A DNA stretch of 64,000 bases. Origin: Camelus dromedarius (lineage: Eukaryota). Shown here in pieces: positions 36,854-50,294 of this stretch; position 1 is the first letter of the stretch, and every line of letters begins with the position of its first letter. The stretch lies in the NCBI RefSeq assembly GCF_036321535.1, contig NC_087437.1, positions 71,488,001-71,552,000 of the forward strand, read 5' to 3'. A program made the translations under genes and the position numbers. Under the pieces are notes generated by a model. It did no database searches, had not been told where the DNA came from, and worked only from the letters and a program-made list of their open reading frames with translations.

Positions 36854-38851
36854 ACAATGTGCTATTATTATGTTTCATTTTATATGTTACTTTTGGTTTT
36901 TTGAAGTTAATAATTGCTTCAGTGTTTTTCATTTTCTCGATTTTCTATATATCTATCTTTAATTCTTTTCACATTTCCAAGAGTCTCTTAGTACAGTTTT
37001 CTACATGGTCAAATTTGCCACATAATCTCCATTTTTCCTGTTTTTCCTTTGAGACTTTACTTCTAGAACTCTCTACCCTTCTTTTTCAATCTCAATTAGT
37101 TAGTCTCTTCCAACTCTTCTGTTTTTAATTTCAGCTCTCATGTTTTTAATTTCTAAGTCTTTTTTTCTTATTCTCTTTGTTCCTTTTCTTACCACGTTTG
37201 TTTTGTAGATATAATATCATTTCATCTTTGAGAATATTACACAGCATTTTGCTTTTTAAAATTTTTTCTTCTATTTTCTATATTGTCTTTGTTTCTTTTG
37301 ATTTCCTTTCTTCCCCCTCTGTTCTGATGTTTTGTCTTTCTTTTTGGAGATGTTCCTTAAATGTTTAGTGATAATTAACTGTTTTTTTCATATTTGAGAA
37401 TGAGGCATTAAAAAGCTGATTGAACAGGCTTGTTTTTTGGTGCCCCTGTTTAGTGATTAGCTGGTGAGCTAGTGTTATTGTTGTTGAACTGAAAAATATC
37501 AGTATTGTAGATTTTCTTTTTGGGGGGATAGCTATTAATTTTTATTTTCCAGAGAGGATTTCTTCAGCCTCCTGCCTAGGAATGAGAATGGTTGGAAGAG
37601 GAGTGTAAGGCTAGTTGCCATTATTCTGGGAGCTGGGTTGGGGAAAGGGTGCTATAGTCTTATGCTTTAGGAAGCAGAGTTTTCTTTACACCCCCCCTCC
37701 CCCCCCCCCGCCCATTCACTTTGGAACCTCATCTTGTCCAAGTCTCATCTTGTCCACTTCTCTGCCAAGTAACTGTCCTTGAGGCCTTGGTTCAAATTTC
37801 ACAGAAAATAAACTTGTCTCCTGCGGTTGGGGAGGAAGGGGAAGTCGTCCAGATGTATAGGACGCTTATGTAGGGGATCAGTTCTTATTACTGCAAAGGA
37901 AGAGTCTTTCTACCAGTCCCTTCTAGTTTAACCCCATACCTCCCCCCACCTTCTGTGGCATTTGAAGCTTCACAGTCCTCAACTTTCCCAGGCTTTCAGA
38001 GGGGAGGGCCAGAATTTGTTCACTTCTCAACACTGTTTCTCTCAGCAAGGTCTTACACTTTAATTTCTTGTCATTCTCCCCTGCAAGGTGATACCTAATA
38101 TTACATAAATGTGTTTAGTCTTCTTTAAAATGGACTTTCGGTTTCCTTAACACAAAAGCAAACTTAAGGACAGGCACTCTGTCTTCTGATTGTTTTTCTT
38201 TCTCCATATCTCAATGTGGAGTAGCTGCTCAGTAGGTATTGGTGTTTGCCCAGTAAACTATTCCTCCTCTTGGCTTTTACTCCCTACAAGTTTCTCTGAA
38301 AGGAAACCATAATTATTTCTTTTTTCTGATGTCCTAGAGTGTGCAATGGAAGTCAGTCTCTGGTTCCCAGAAGCTGAGTAGATTAAAATTTTCTTCATCA
38401 TTGCTACATGTCCCCACCTCCATCTGCAACAGAGAAGCAGTAGGTGGGCATTATCAGATTCTACCTTTGTCTCAGCTTTTGCTCTAAGAAAGGACATTAT
38501 CTTAGTTTCTTTTGTCTGAAGTAAAGTGTTTTCTGGGTTATACTGGTTTTCTACTGGGACTCAGCCTAAGGAACCCAAAATTGTAACTTGCTGAACCAAA
38601 GCCCTAAATCACTGACTCCTACATGAAGACAACTATTGATCAAATACTGGAGATATTTAATAATATACATACTGGAGTAGGACTTAAACATTTACTGCAA
38701 CATAACTGAAGAATAAAAAACTGAAATTTCTCTTTCACAGCTTAAATATTTATCAGTAATAAACTTGTAAATAAAATAGACACACCTTTAGAAAATATAG
38801 CATAGATAAAGTTATTTAAATTCTATATGAAAGTATCTCCAAGATATATAT

Positions 38852-41800
38852 ATTTTTTTTAACTTCTATTTTTTTCTTCCAGCTCTATTGAGATATAACT
38901 GACATACAGCATTGTATAAGTGTAAGGTATATAGCATAAAGATTTGACTTAATACATCATGAAGTGATGACCACAATAAGTTTAGTGAACATCTATCAAC
39001 TCATGTAGATATAACATTAAAGAAATAGAAAAAGAATTTTTTTCCTTGTGATGAGAACTCTTAGGATTTACTCTCTTAACATTTGTATATAATGTTCAGT
39101 AGTGTTAATTATATTAATCATGTTATATGTTACATTGCTAGTATTTATTTATCTTACAAATGGAAGTTTGTATCTTTTGACCACCTTCATCCAGTTTCCC
39201 CTCCTCCTCTCCCTGTCCCTAGTAACAACAAATCTGATCTCTTTTTCTGTAAGTTTGTTTGTTGGCTTGCTTTTGAAATATAATTGACAGACAAACTATG
39301 TTAGTTCCTGGTGCACAACATAATGATTTGATATTTCTGTCTGTTTCAAAATGATAAATGTGATAAGGCTAGTTACCATCAGTCACCATACAAAGATATT
39401 ACATAATTATTGACTGTATTCCCTACACTGTACATTCCATATCCATAACTTATCTATTTTGTAATTGGTGGTTGTACCTATTAATCTCCCTCACTTATTT
39501 CTCTTCCCTTCCTACCCACTTCCCCTCTGGGAGTCACCTGTTTGTTCTCTGTATCTATGACTCTGTTTCTGTTTGGTTATGCTTGTTTATTTGTTTTGTT
39601 TTTTCAGATGCTACATATAAGTGACTTCATATAGTATTTGACTTTCTTGTCTGACTTATTTCAGTATAATAAGTATAATACCCTCTAGTATAATACCTTA
39701 GTGTAATACCCTCTAGATCCATCCATGTTGTCACAAGTAGCAAAATTTTTACAACTGTGTATATTTATATACCACATCATCTTTATCCATTCATCTGTTG
39801 ATGGGCATTTAGGTTACTTCCATACCTTGGCTATTGTAAATAATGCTGCAGTGAACAGGGGTGCATATATCTTCTGAAATTAGCGTTTTTGTTTTCTTCC
39901 GATAAATACCCCAGAGTGGAATTGTTGAATCATATCGTCATTCTATTTTTAATTTTTTGAGGAATCTCCATACTGTTTTCCATAGTGGCTACACCAATTT
40001 AAAATTTCACCAACAGTGCACAGGGTTTCTCTTTTCTTCACCTCTTTGCCAACACTTGTTATTTGTCGTTGTCTTCATTATAGCCATTCTGATAGGTGAG
40101 AGGTGATACCTCATTGTGGTTTTGATTTACATTTCCCTGGTAATAATGATATCCAGCATCTCTTCATGTGCCTGTTGGCCATCTGCATGTTCTCTTTGGA
40201 AAAATATCTATTCAAGTTCTCTGCCCATTTTTTAATTGGATTGTTTGTTTTTTTAACATTGAGTTGTATGAGTTCTCTGTATATTTTGGATATTAACTCC
40301 TTATTTGATATATCACTTGCAAATATCTTCTCCCATTGAGTGGGCGGCCTTTTTGTTTTGTTGATAGTTTTTTTCACTGTGCAAAAGCTTTTTAGTTTGA
40401 TGTAGTCCCTTTTGATTATTTTTGCTATTGTTTCCCTTGCCTGAGGAGAAGATCCAAAGAAATATTACTATGATTTATATCAAAGAATGTTCTATCTATG
40501 TTTTCTTCTAGGATTTTTATGGTTTCTGGTCTTACATTTAGATCTCTAATCCATTTTGAGTTTATTTTTGTATACGGTGTGAGAAAATGTTCTAATTTCA
40601 TTCTTTTACATGTAGCTGTCCATTTTCCCAGCACCACTTATTGAAGAAGTTGTCTTTTCCCTATTGTATATTATGCCTCCTTTGTCATAGATTGATTGAC
40701 CATAAGCACATGGAGTTATTTCTAAGCTCTCTATTCTGTTTCATTGCTCTGTCTGTCTGTTTTTGTGTCGGTACCATACTGTTTTGTTGACTGTAACTTT
40801 GTAGGATACTTTGAAATTGAGTAGCATGATACCTCCAGCTTTGTTCTTCTTTCTCAAGATTATTTTGGCTACTTTGGATCTTCTGTGTTTCCATGCAAAT
40901 ATTGAAATTATTTGTACTAGTTCTGTGAAAAATACCATTGGCATTTTCATAGGGATTGCTTTGAATCTGTAGAGTATCTTGAGTAATATGGTCATTTTAA
41001 CAATATTAATCCTTCTAATCCATGACCATAAAAATTACAGACTAATATGATTAACATAGATGCAAAAATCCTCAACAAAATATTAGCAAATCAAATTCAA
41101 CAGTATATTAAAAGGATCATAAACAATGATCAGGAGGGACTTATCCCTGGGATGCAAGGATGGTTCTGTATCTACAAAGCAGTCAATGTGTTACAGCAGA
41201 TTAACAAATTGAAGAATAAAAATAATCCAATCATCTCAGTAGATGCAGAAAAAACTTTTGACAAAATTCAGCATTCATTTATGATAAAAACTCTCAACAG
41301 AGGAGGTATAGAGAAAATATACCTCAATATAATAAAGGCCATAAATGACAAGTCCCAGCTAGTATCATACTCAATGGTAAAAAGCTGAAAACATGTCCTT
41401 TAACAAGATGTCCACTCTTGCCACTTCTATTCAACATAGTATTGACAGTCCTAGCAACAGAAATCAGATAAGAAGCACAAATAAAAGGAATCCAAATTGG
41501 AAAGGAAGAAGTAAAACTGTCGCTGTTTGCAAATGACATGATATTAGACATAGAAAATCCTAACAATGCCACCAGAAAACTACTAGAATTCATTAACACA
41601 TTGATCATCACATCACCAAATCTGGGTAACAGTTGTGTTTCCTCTGGGCACCCGATCCATAGTAGGTGATCAATGTGTTAATGAATTTAATAAAGTTGTA
41701 AGATACAAAATTAATACAGAAGTCTGTTACATTTCTACACACTAACAGCAAACTATCTGAAAAAGAAATTAAGAAAACAATTCCATTTACAGTTATATCA

Positions 41801-41963
41801 GAAATATTAAAATACCTAGGACTAAAGCTGACTAACGAGGTAAAAGACCTGTACTTGGAAAACTAAGACGTTGATGAAAGAAATCAAAGATGACACAAAT
41901 GGATGAAAAGATATATCATGCTCAAGGATTCAAAGAATTAACATTATTAAAATGACCATTCTA
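38852..41963. mobile_element. ~3.1-kb L1 with 5' inversion (minus strand ~38852-41030, plus strand ~41030-41963)
   Basis: L1 ORF2 peptides on both strands (minus 'QWEKIFA', '[21 protein letters not shown]'; plus '[23 protein letters not shown]'); TSD tccaagatatatat (38838-38851) / tccaaggtatatat (41964-41977). Confidence 0.9.
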
Positions 41964-42459
41964 TCCAAGGTATATATTTTTTAATTAGAACAAAATAATG
42001 TAACATACTGTTAATAGTATCCTTCTATCTGGGTTTTTAAAAAAGATTTTTTAAAAGTTATATACATATATATACACACACATGTATATGCATGTATTGG
42101 CATAGATTTCTGGAAGGATACACAAGTAACTTTATGGACATTGACTCTGGAAAGGGGTCTGGAGGGCTGAAGTCAAAAGGAATGTACTTTTCGTTATATA
42201 TCCCTTCATATTATTTATATTTTTTGGACATATGCATATATTATGTTATCAATTTTAAAAGTTTAAAGAGTAACGGAACTTTGACATAAAATATAGTCTT
42301 TGGAAAAGATTAGGAATAGAATGTACTGGGAGCATGATGACAAACTCAATCAAGTGACATTATCTCAACCTATTGTTTAGAATAGTTTGTGATTGTAGTT
42401 GACAGAATGAAGAATAACACTGAATCTAAACTCTCTTCACGCTCTTGATGGCCCTCTCT

Positions 42460-43270
42460 GGCCTCTCTCCTACCGCTCTTCCCCTCTGCACTTTGCTCTA
42501 GACCGCTCACCTCCTTTCTATTTCTCTGACAGGCCAGGCTCAGCCCCACCTGGGGGACTGTGCCCTTGCTCATCCTGCTGCCTGAGCCCTCCTCTTCCAG
42601 ATATCCACAGGGTGTACCTCCTGGTACTCCCTTCAGGTTTTTGCTCAAATATCACCTTACAGAGAGGCCTTCCCCAGCCTCCCTATGCAAAATAGATTAT
42701 AGCAGAATGTCTTATGTTGAGCAGAAGTTTGGGTTGCTATAAGAAAATTACCATAGACTGGGTGGCTTCAACAACAGAAATTTATTTCTCACAGGTCTGG
42801 AGGCTGGGAAGTGTAAGATCAAGGTGCCGGCTGGTTCGGTTCCTAGTGTGGGCTTTCTTCCTGGTTGTGAACTCACATCACAGAGAGAGTGGTCACCTCT
42901 CTCATGTCTTTTCTTTTAAGGGCAGGGATCTCATTCACGAGGGATCTACCCTCATGACCTAATTCCCTCCCAAAGACCCCATCTTCAGATGCCATCACTT
43001 CAGGATTGGGGTTGCACCATGAATTGTAGGGGGACACAAACATTCAGTCCATAGCACAGAGTAGCCTCTGCCATCTCTCTGGCCCCCTCCTTACCCTACT
43101 GTATTTTTCTTCATAACACTTATCACTACCTGATTTTTATATAAATGTATATGAAATATATAATAATTCCTCAGAAATAAAATAACATTCCTCAAGGTCA
43201 GGAACTTTGTCCCCCTTTTTATTACATCCCCAGTGCTTAGAACAGAGCCTCAATAAACACTTCATAAATG
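42460..43270 (+). mobile_element. L2 3' fragment interrupted by an MLT1 LTR
   Basis: 'ttgctcaaatatcaccttacagagaggccttcc' and 'ccccagtgcttagaacagagcctcaataaac'. Confidence 0.65.
42708..43056. mobile_element. MLT1A-like (ERVL-MaLR) solo LTR
   Basis: TG...CA termini, near 5-bp TSD cagaa/cagag, 'ggggacacaaacattcagtccatagca'. Confidence 0.85.
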
Positions 43271-43424
43271 AAAGATGAGCAGTAGAAGCATTTGAATATT
43301 GTGCCAGTTTTAGATTCTGAAAAGATACATATCACATACATGTGATAAAGCCAAAGCTGTAACTTTCTTCTGGCGAGTTCTTACCCCTCAGTGAAACCTT
43401 TAAATGGTCGATTTTCTTTGGCAG

Positions 43425-43521
43425 AGCAAGAATATGATCCTGGACCAAGCCTTTAAATATATAACAGAGTTGAAAAGGCAAAATGATGAACTCCTGCTTA
43501 ACGGAGGAAACAGTGAACAAG
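43425..43521 (+). CDS. USF3: USF3 coding exon 4 (SKNMILDQAFKYITELKRQNDELLLNGGNSEQ; helix 2)
   Basis: ctttggcag| acceptor, AAG|GTAAAG donor, helix-2 signature K..IL..A..YI..L. Confidence 0.95.
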
Positions 43522-44769
43522 GTAAAGATGTTAAGATTCTTACTTTGTTGTTTTTTCAGTGTTCAGGCCTTTGTGTCACAATGCGACTTATATTAGCGTA
43601 CGGAAGGGTTTTTTTTTTTTACCCAAAACCATTATTAAGACCATGCATTCAGTGTGTCTGTGAGAATAGTGCTGCAAATAAATTCATCCCAGTTTACCTC
43701 TTTCCCTCTTTGAGCGACTCTAATCTTGTAGGCATATATAATTTTGATTTTATACTCTTCCTGTGCTTCCAGTTTACTTAACTCATGGTACAAATAATAC
43801 TGAATCTCCTTTATTCTATTTGGCTCTTCCAGCTAGGGGAATCCCATAAGAGGATGTAGGAAGACTCCTGCTCAGTGTAACTTAAACACAGATAAACATA
43901 TGCCTGCACCAAGACGTAACTGTGAATTAACTCAGAAGGCCAAAACATTGAGTTCACAGTTGTTTATATTGCATGTAATGTGTATGTCAGACTGCCTGAT
44001 CATTTAATGATACTTGATTTTTAGAGGTGACTTTCTTACGCTGTCAGGTGAGTTCTGTTTTCCCACTTGCACTGGAGAAGTTTCCTTATAACAGCAGAAA
44101 AGAAAAATACCCCAGGCAAGCATGAAACTTCAAGTAGGAAGCCAGTTTGAACTGTCTTTTATTTATGTCTCTGACGAGAGCAAAGAGAAATGCCTGTGAC
44201 GAGTCAGTAGGTCACCTTACAAGGAGCGAAACAAAGGCAGGATTTGCGGAGGTGGGGGCAGTGCTGGGCTGTGTGCACTGTAAAAGAAGTGAGGATATTG
44301 GAAAGCAAATCCAGAAGCTCGGCATTCCAAATTCTCGTTTACTTTTAGTTGGATAACAACTTACCTGCTCCCCGCGGTCAGCTGTCTTTTATGACCCAGG
44401 CCCTGTTTTATGATGCTGCCAGGCAGTTAGATATATAGTGAGTGTTTGGTCACCGTTTTGAGGTACCCACCAAAGGGATGCTAAAGCTAGAGTGATGTAC
44501 AGACTTTTCTAATGAGGGCTCCTTTGTTTCACAGCCCAGAGTCTGAGGCAATCAACTGATCTTAGAGAAAAGGGAAACCTGAAAAAATACAGGTTGCAGG
44601 AGGCTCAGGGAAAGCTGAACAGCCAGGCCAGGGGTTAGGGTGGCACCTGAGGCAGCTTAAGTCCGAGTGTGTCATCGTCTCCGGCATCGTTCTTTCCTTA
44701 GTTCTTTTCCATGCACGCGCTCTCTCTTCTCCCAGCAGCTCCCTCCACATACTCCCTGTCCACGCGACG

Positions 44770-45110
44770 GTCTAGCATAGTGCTCAGGGCGGTGGCCTTG
44801 GGAGTCAGGCCCACCTGGGTTTGAGTCTCTGCTTCCTTTACTCACTCAGCACCTCTGGCCAGTTACTTACCCTCTCCAGGTCTCAGTTTCCCTGTCTTCA
44901 AATGAGGATAATCACAGCATCTGTCTGGTTGACTTTAGGCAAGTTCTGTAACTACTCTGAGCCCGTCTCTGAAATCTGAAAGTGGTGATGACAATACGCA
45001 GTCCCATCTCAGGGTTCCTGTGAGGATTAGAGGAGATGGTGCGGGTGAAGCGCTTCGAGCAAAGCCTGGCACATCGTAAATGCTTGATAAGTGCTTCTTG
45101 TCCTTGTTGT
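44770..45110 (+). mobile_element. MIR SINE with an internal insertion
   Basis: 'cctgggtttgagtctctgcttc...agttacttaccctctccaggtctcagtttccctgtcttcaaatgaggataat'. Confidence 0.7.
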
Positions 45111-46132
45111 CATCATCGTCATTAAATGAGACAACGAATGAAAAGTGCCAGGTGTAGAGTAAGTGTGCAGTAAGCGAGAACAATCATCATTATTATTTGG
45201 TCCATTATAATTGTCCTTTAATTTCTAATGTCCATGGCACATGGGCCTCTTTCTTCTGTGTCTCTCAGTTTAAATATCTGAAAAAAATAATCTGCTAGTC
45301 TCAACTCATCCTTGTTAGAACAGAACTTTTTGTATCAGGTTACCTTATAGGGGATTGGCCTTGAGGATTGGCTGGCTTTGGCAGGGGCAGGGGGTGGAGG
45401 GGGGAGTACCTACCACTGTGACAAGGCAGGTGGGGGTGTGTGGGTCACAGAACATAAATACCAGCTGCCAGGGCTGACTCTTAGTAGGACCTTTGGGTGA
45501 TGCTGCCCCTTGGAAAGGTGTAGGGTATCACAGACATCTTCACTATTCAGTAGTCTGCATACACTGGCCCTGCCAAGGAAAATGCAAGTTTCACTGTTTT
45601 TGCTTTCTTCAGTGCTCTACCTCCCTACTTCTTACGTGTTCTACTTGGTCTCTGTTATTTCAAAGGGTAAAATAGAAACTAGTTTAAAGCCATTTATAAA
45701 AGAGACTATTACCATCATAAGTAATGTAGGCTGTTGCAGCATTTAAATGCTATTATATTGATAGTGTTATTTTCCCAGCATCTTACCATGATATCCATAT
45801 GTCTTTCCTTGCATCACCTTGGTAGCTGCCCACTTGGGAATTTTTGAATTTGGGATTATTGAGATTTCTACATTATGAGTAACTTTTGACCTTTGCCTTG
45901 TTGACCTTTAAAGATATATATATATACTTTTAAAAGGACTGGGATAGAGGTTTGAGGTACCATTCTAAGAAGAAGAAAGAACTTGTATTAGAAAAGAGCT
46001 GAAGGTTCTCAACTGAGGTATTTCAAATGCTAAGATTAGATTCAGTAGCTTGCTATACAAACGCTTTCTTAAATTATTGTAAATACTGACATTTAGAGAT
46101 AATTTTTTTCATTTTTATTTTCGATACTGTAG

Positions 46133-49100
46133 CTGAAGAAATTAAAAAGCTACGTAAACAACTGGAAGAAATTCAAAAGGAAAACGGCCGATACATTGAA
46201 TTACTAAAAGCAAACGACATATGTTTATATGATGACCCTACCATCCACTGGAAAGGAAATCTTAAAAACTCAAAGGTCTCTGTTGTTATTCCCAGTGACC
46301 AGGTTCAAAAAAATATCATTGTTTATTCCAATGGGAGTCAGCCTGGTGGAAACAGCCAGGGAACAGCTGTTCAAGGGATAACCTTTAATGTTGGTCATAA
46401 TTTACAAAAGCAGACTGCCAACGTGGTGCCAGTGCAGAGGACTTGCAATCTTGTGACTCCAGTGTCTATTTCTGGAGTTTACCCTCCCGAAAACAAGCCA
46501 TGGCAGCAGACTACAGTTTCTGCATTGGCTGCCAACCAGCCTGTTCCCCTTTGTCTTCCTGCTACCATTTCTGCTCAAAATATTCTCGAGCTTTCCACCT
46601 CCGAAAGCGAATCGAGTATGCTCAGTGCCACCAGTGGCTCACTGATCGCTGTTCCCGTTGGGCCTGAACCTCCCCAGCATCGTTCCCTGCACCCATGTCT
46701 AAATGATCAAAATTCTTCTGAAAATAAGAACGGGCACGAGAGCCCCAAATTATTGAAGAAAACAGTCCCTTGTGCCACAAGCATCTCCAGCCCCTCAGCA
46801 ACTGCCACTAAAGTGCACTCTGGAAGCAAGTCCTGCTCAAGCACACAGGATTTCAGAAGTGATTTTCAAACCACTTTTGTTGTTTCTGTTACCACCACGA
46901 TCTGCTCCCAGCCTTCCAGATCTGTGAGTGACTCTTGTCCAGCGAGCACGAGCAAGGGTGCAGACTTGACAAGTGTTACCGCCGTGGTGGCCTCATCTGC
47001 CCCTGGAGGAGGGAAGACCACCACTCCTGTCAGCTCCCTTTCTGCAAACCCAATAGACAATGGTTGGACCCTTTCTTGTTCTTTGCCTTCTTCAGCTGTT
47101 AGTGCTTCAGATTTAAAAAACATGAATAGCCTTACCCGAATTTCCTCAGCTGGAAACACGCAGACGACATGGACTACTTTGCAATTGGCAGGAAACACTA
47201 TTCAGCCCTTAAGCCAGACACCGTCTTCTGCTGTGACTCCAGTATTAAGTGAGTCTGGTACCAGCCCCACCACAGCCAACCACAGTAGACAGGTGGCTCC
47301 AGGCATCAACCTGAATACTTCCTTTCTAGCAGATGTGCAGCCAGTTGAGCAAGTAGTTGTAACCTTGCCTTCTTGTCCATCCTTACCTATGCAGCCACTG
47401 ATTGCCCAGCCACAAGTTAAATCTCAGCCTCCAAAAAATATCCTTCCATTGAATTCAGCAATGCAAGTGATTCAGATGGCTCAGCCAGTGGGGTCAGCTG
47501 TGAATGCAGCCCCAGCTAATCCAAACGTGATCATTCTTCAGCCACCCAGCACCACCCCGTGCCCAACAATGATGAGGGCAGAGGTTCCCAACCAAACAGT
47601 AGGTCAGCAGATAGTGATCATACAGGCAGCTAATCAGAATCCTTTGCCACTCCTCTCGGCTCCACCCCCTGGTTCTGTTCGACTCCCTGTCAATGGAGCC
47701 AATGCGATAATAGGGTCTAATAATTCAGTGCAAAATGTTTCGACTCCACAAACTTTTGGAGGTAAACATCTTGTCCACATATTACCAAGACCTTCATCTT
47801 TATCAACATCTAATTCAACACAAACTTTCTCTGTTACCATGTCAAACCAACCACAACAGCCTCAAACCATTTCTTTAAATGGACAGCTCTTTGCTTTGCA
47901 GCCTGTGATGTCTTCATCAGGAACTACAAGTCAAACCCCTATGCAAATTATTCAGCCCACCACCAGCGAAGATCCAAATACCAATGTTGCCCTGAATACA
48001 TTTGGCGCTTTGGCCAGCCTCAATCAAAGTATATCACAGATGGCTGGGCAAAGCTGTGTACAATTGTCTATTAGCCAGCCTGCGAATCCTCCGATTGCTG
48101 CAAATAGTCAGACCACCCCGGCTAACTGTGTTTCATTAACAACCACTGTAGCACCTCCTATGACAACAGATAATTCAGCCACACTACCCAGTACTTATAA
48201 TCTAGTGACCACTCCCTCAGTGAACACTGTGGCTTGTTTGCCTAACATGAAGTCCAAAAGGTTGAATAAGAAGCCAAGTGGCAAGAAACACTTAGCTGTT
48301 AACAAGTCAGCCTGCACCCTGAATCCAGTCAGAGATGTGGGCAAGTTAGACCTCCCCAGCACCGAAGGCTCAGCAGAGCCATCGTGTAATGATGGACTGC
48401 TGGACAGCCTCCCTGTTGTGTTGCCCTCTGTCACTGTGTCCCAGGCAAATAGTGTAAGTGTTTCTGGTTCACATTCTTTGGATGTTCTCAACTCTGAACC
48501 CGTGATACCTGAGTCTGTACCTAAATCTAAGTCAGCAGAAGAGTCTAGCTTGCCCTCCCAAGAATCCGTGACAAGTGAACATTTTGCAGTAGCCCCAGCA
48601 AAATCCAAAGATTCTTCCCCCATTTTGCAACGAGAGATGTCTCAGGATAAGCCACCAATTGGTTTGGCATTGCCAGATGCTGCCAAATCCTGCACTTCCG
48701 CCAACGTGTTGATTTCACCTGCAACTGATCCCCATGCTTTGGTTTCTCAGGTTTCTGATTTGTCATCTACCACGAGCACTTCAAGTACAGACTGTGTTTC
48801 TGAGGTAGAAGTCATTGCTGAACCTTGCAGGGCTGAGCAAGATCCATCAGATACAGTGCAAACCACAGGTCTCTTAAAGGGGCAGGGTTTAACTGCATTG
48901 CTGTCTGGTCTTGCTAAAGAAAAAGACCCTCAGAAATCATCTCTTTCAGTCCAGGTGGACCCTCCTGACTTTTCTTCAGGAAATTCTAAGATAGTTGATT
49001 CAAATGTTGATTTACATCCGAAACAGGAGCTGTTACTGATGAACAGTGATGACAGAGATCCAGGACAGCATCATTCCTGCATCCCTGATCAGGAGGTTAT

Positions 49101-50257
49101 TAATGGCTCTTTGCTCAGTAGGCAGGCTGACTCTCCCATGTCGACCAGCTCGGGCAGTAGTCGTAGTTTCTCAGTTGCATCCATGCTTCCTGAGACATCT
49201 AGAGAGGATGTCACCAGCAATGCGACGACTAATACGTGTGACAGCTGCACCTTTGTGGAGCAAACTGATATCGTCGCTCTGGCAGCGAGGGCTATTTTTG
49301 ACCAGGAGAACCTCGAGAAGGGAAGAGCTGGTACCCAGGCTGATATAAGGGAAGTTACTTCAAAATCTTCTGAAGCATCCTCTTTAGAGGGAGACCAGCC
49401 TTTCAAAACACAGATATCTAAAGAGAATGGCCCAGGACAGGCAGAAGCAACACCAAATGAATTTCATTCTCAGGATTCGGTCGAAGCAACTGTGGATAGG
49501 CCCCTTGAAAAACCAAGTTGTTCTATAGGAATTAAAACGTCAAATGCTGCTTTACAGGTTTCCACTTCTCAGCCACCAACCATCACCAGTTTAAGTGTGA
49601 ACAATCTTATCCATCAGAGCAGCATCAACCATCCTCTGGTCAGCTGCGCTGGTTTATCCCAAACTTCAGAGCAAGCAACTGTTCCAGCCACGGTTAATCT
49701 GACGGTTTCATCTAGCTCCTATGGCAGTCAGCCCCCCGGACCGTCTCTGATGACCGAATACTCCCAAGAACAGCTAAATACCATGGCTGGTACCCTACCA
49801 AATCCACAGATTCAAGAGTCCCTCTTAAAGCCAAGTCATGAAAACCGCAAAGACTCTGCTAAGCGTGCTGTCCAAGATGACCTCTTACTGTCTTCAGCCA
49901 AACGTCAAAAGCACTGTCAACCAGCCCCCCTCCGGCTTGAGGGTCTGTCCCTGATGAGCCGAACTCCAGACAGCATTTCCGAGCAAACTCAAATGATGAT
50001 TGGTCAGATCCCTCCCAACTCTTCAAATTCTGTTGTGCCAATCAGCAACCCCACCCATGGAGATGGCCTTACACGATTATTTCCACCCGGTAACAACTTC
50101 GTGGCCCCTGCACTGAGGCAGAATGAGGTTCAGTGCAGTTCTCAGCCTTCTGTTGCTGAGCAGCAACAAACCCAGGCCAGCCAACATCTGCAGGCCCTGC
50201 AACAGCATGTTCCAGCTCAAGGGGTCCCTCACCTGCACAGTAATCATCTCTACTTAA

Positions 50258-50294
<37 letters not shown>

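Noticed and set aside
41047..41388. Reverse-transcriptase-like ORF as part of a novel system
   Set aside because: It is a decayed L1 ORF2 fragment in a truncated, inverted copy.
43404..43781. 125-aa ORF as a stand-alone gene
   Set aside because: It is USF3 coding exon 4 read through into intron on both sides.
46423..46425. ORF-track start of the 2058-aa protein
   Set aside because: Internal GTG; the frame is open back to the acceptor at 46133 and the true ATG is at 32142.
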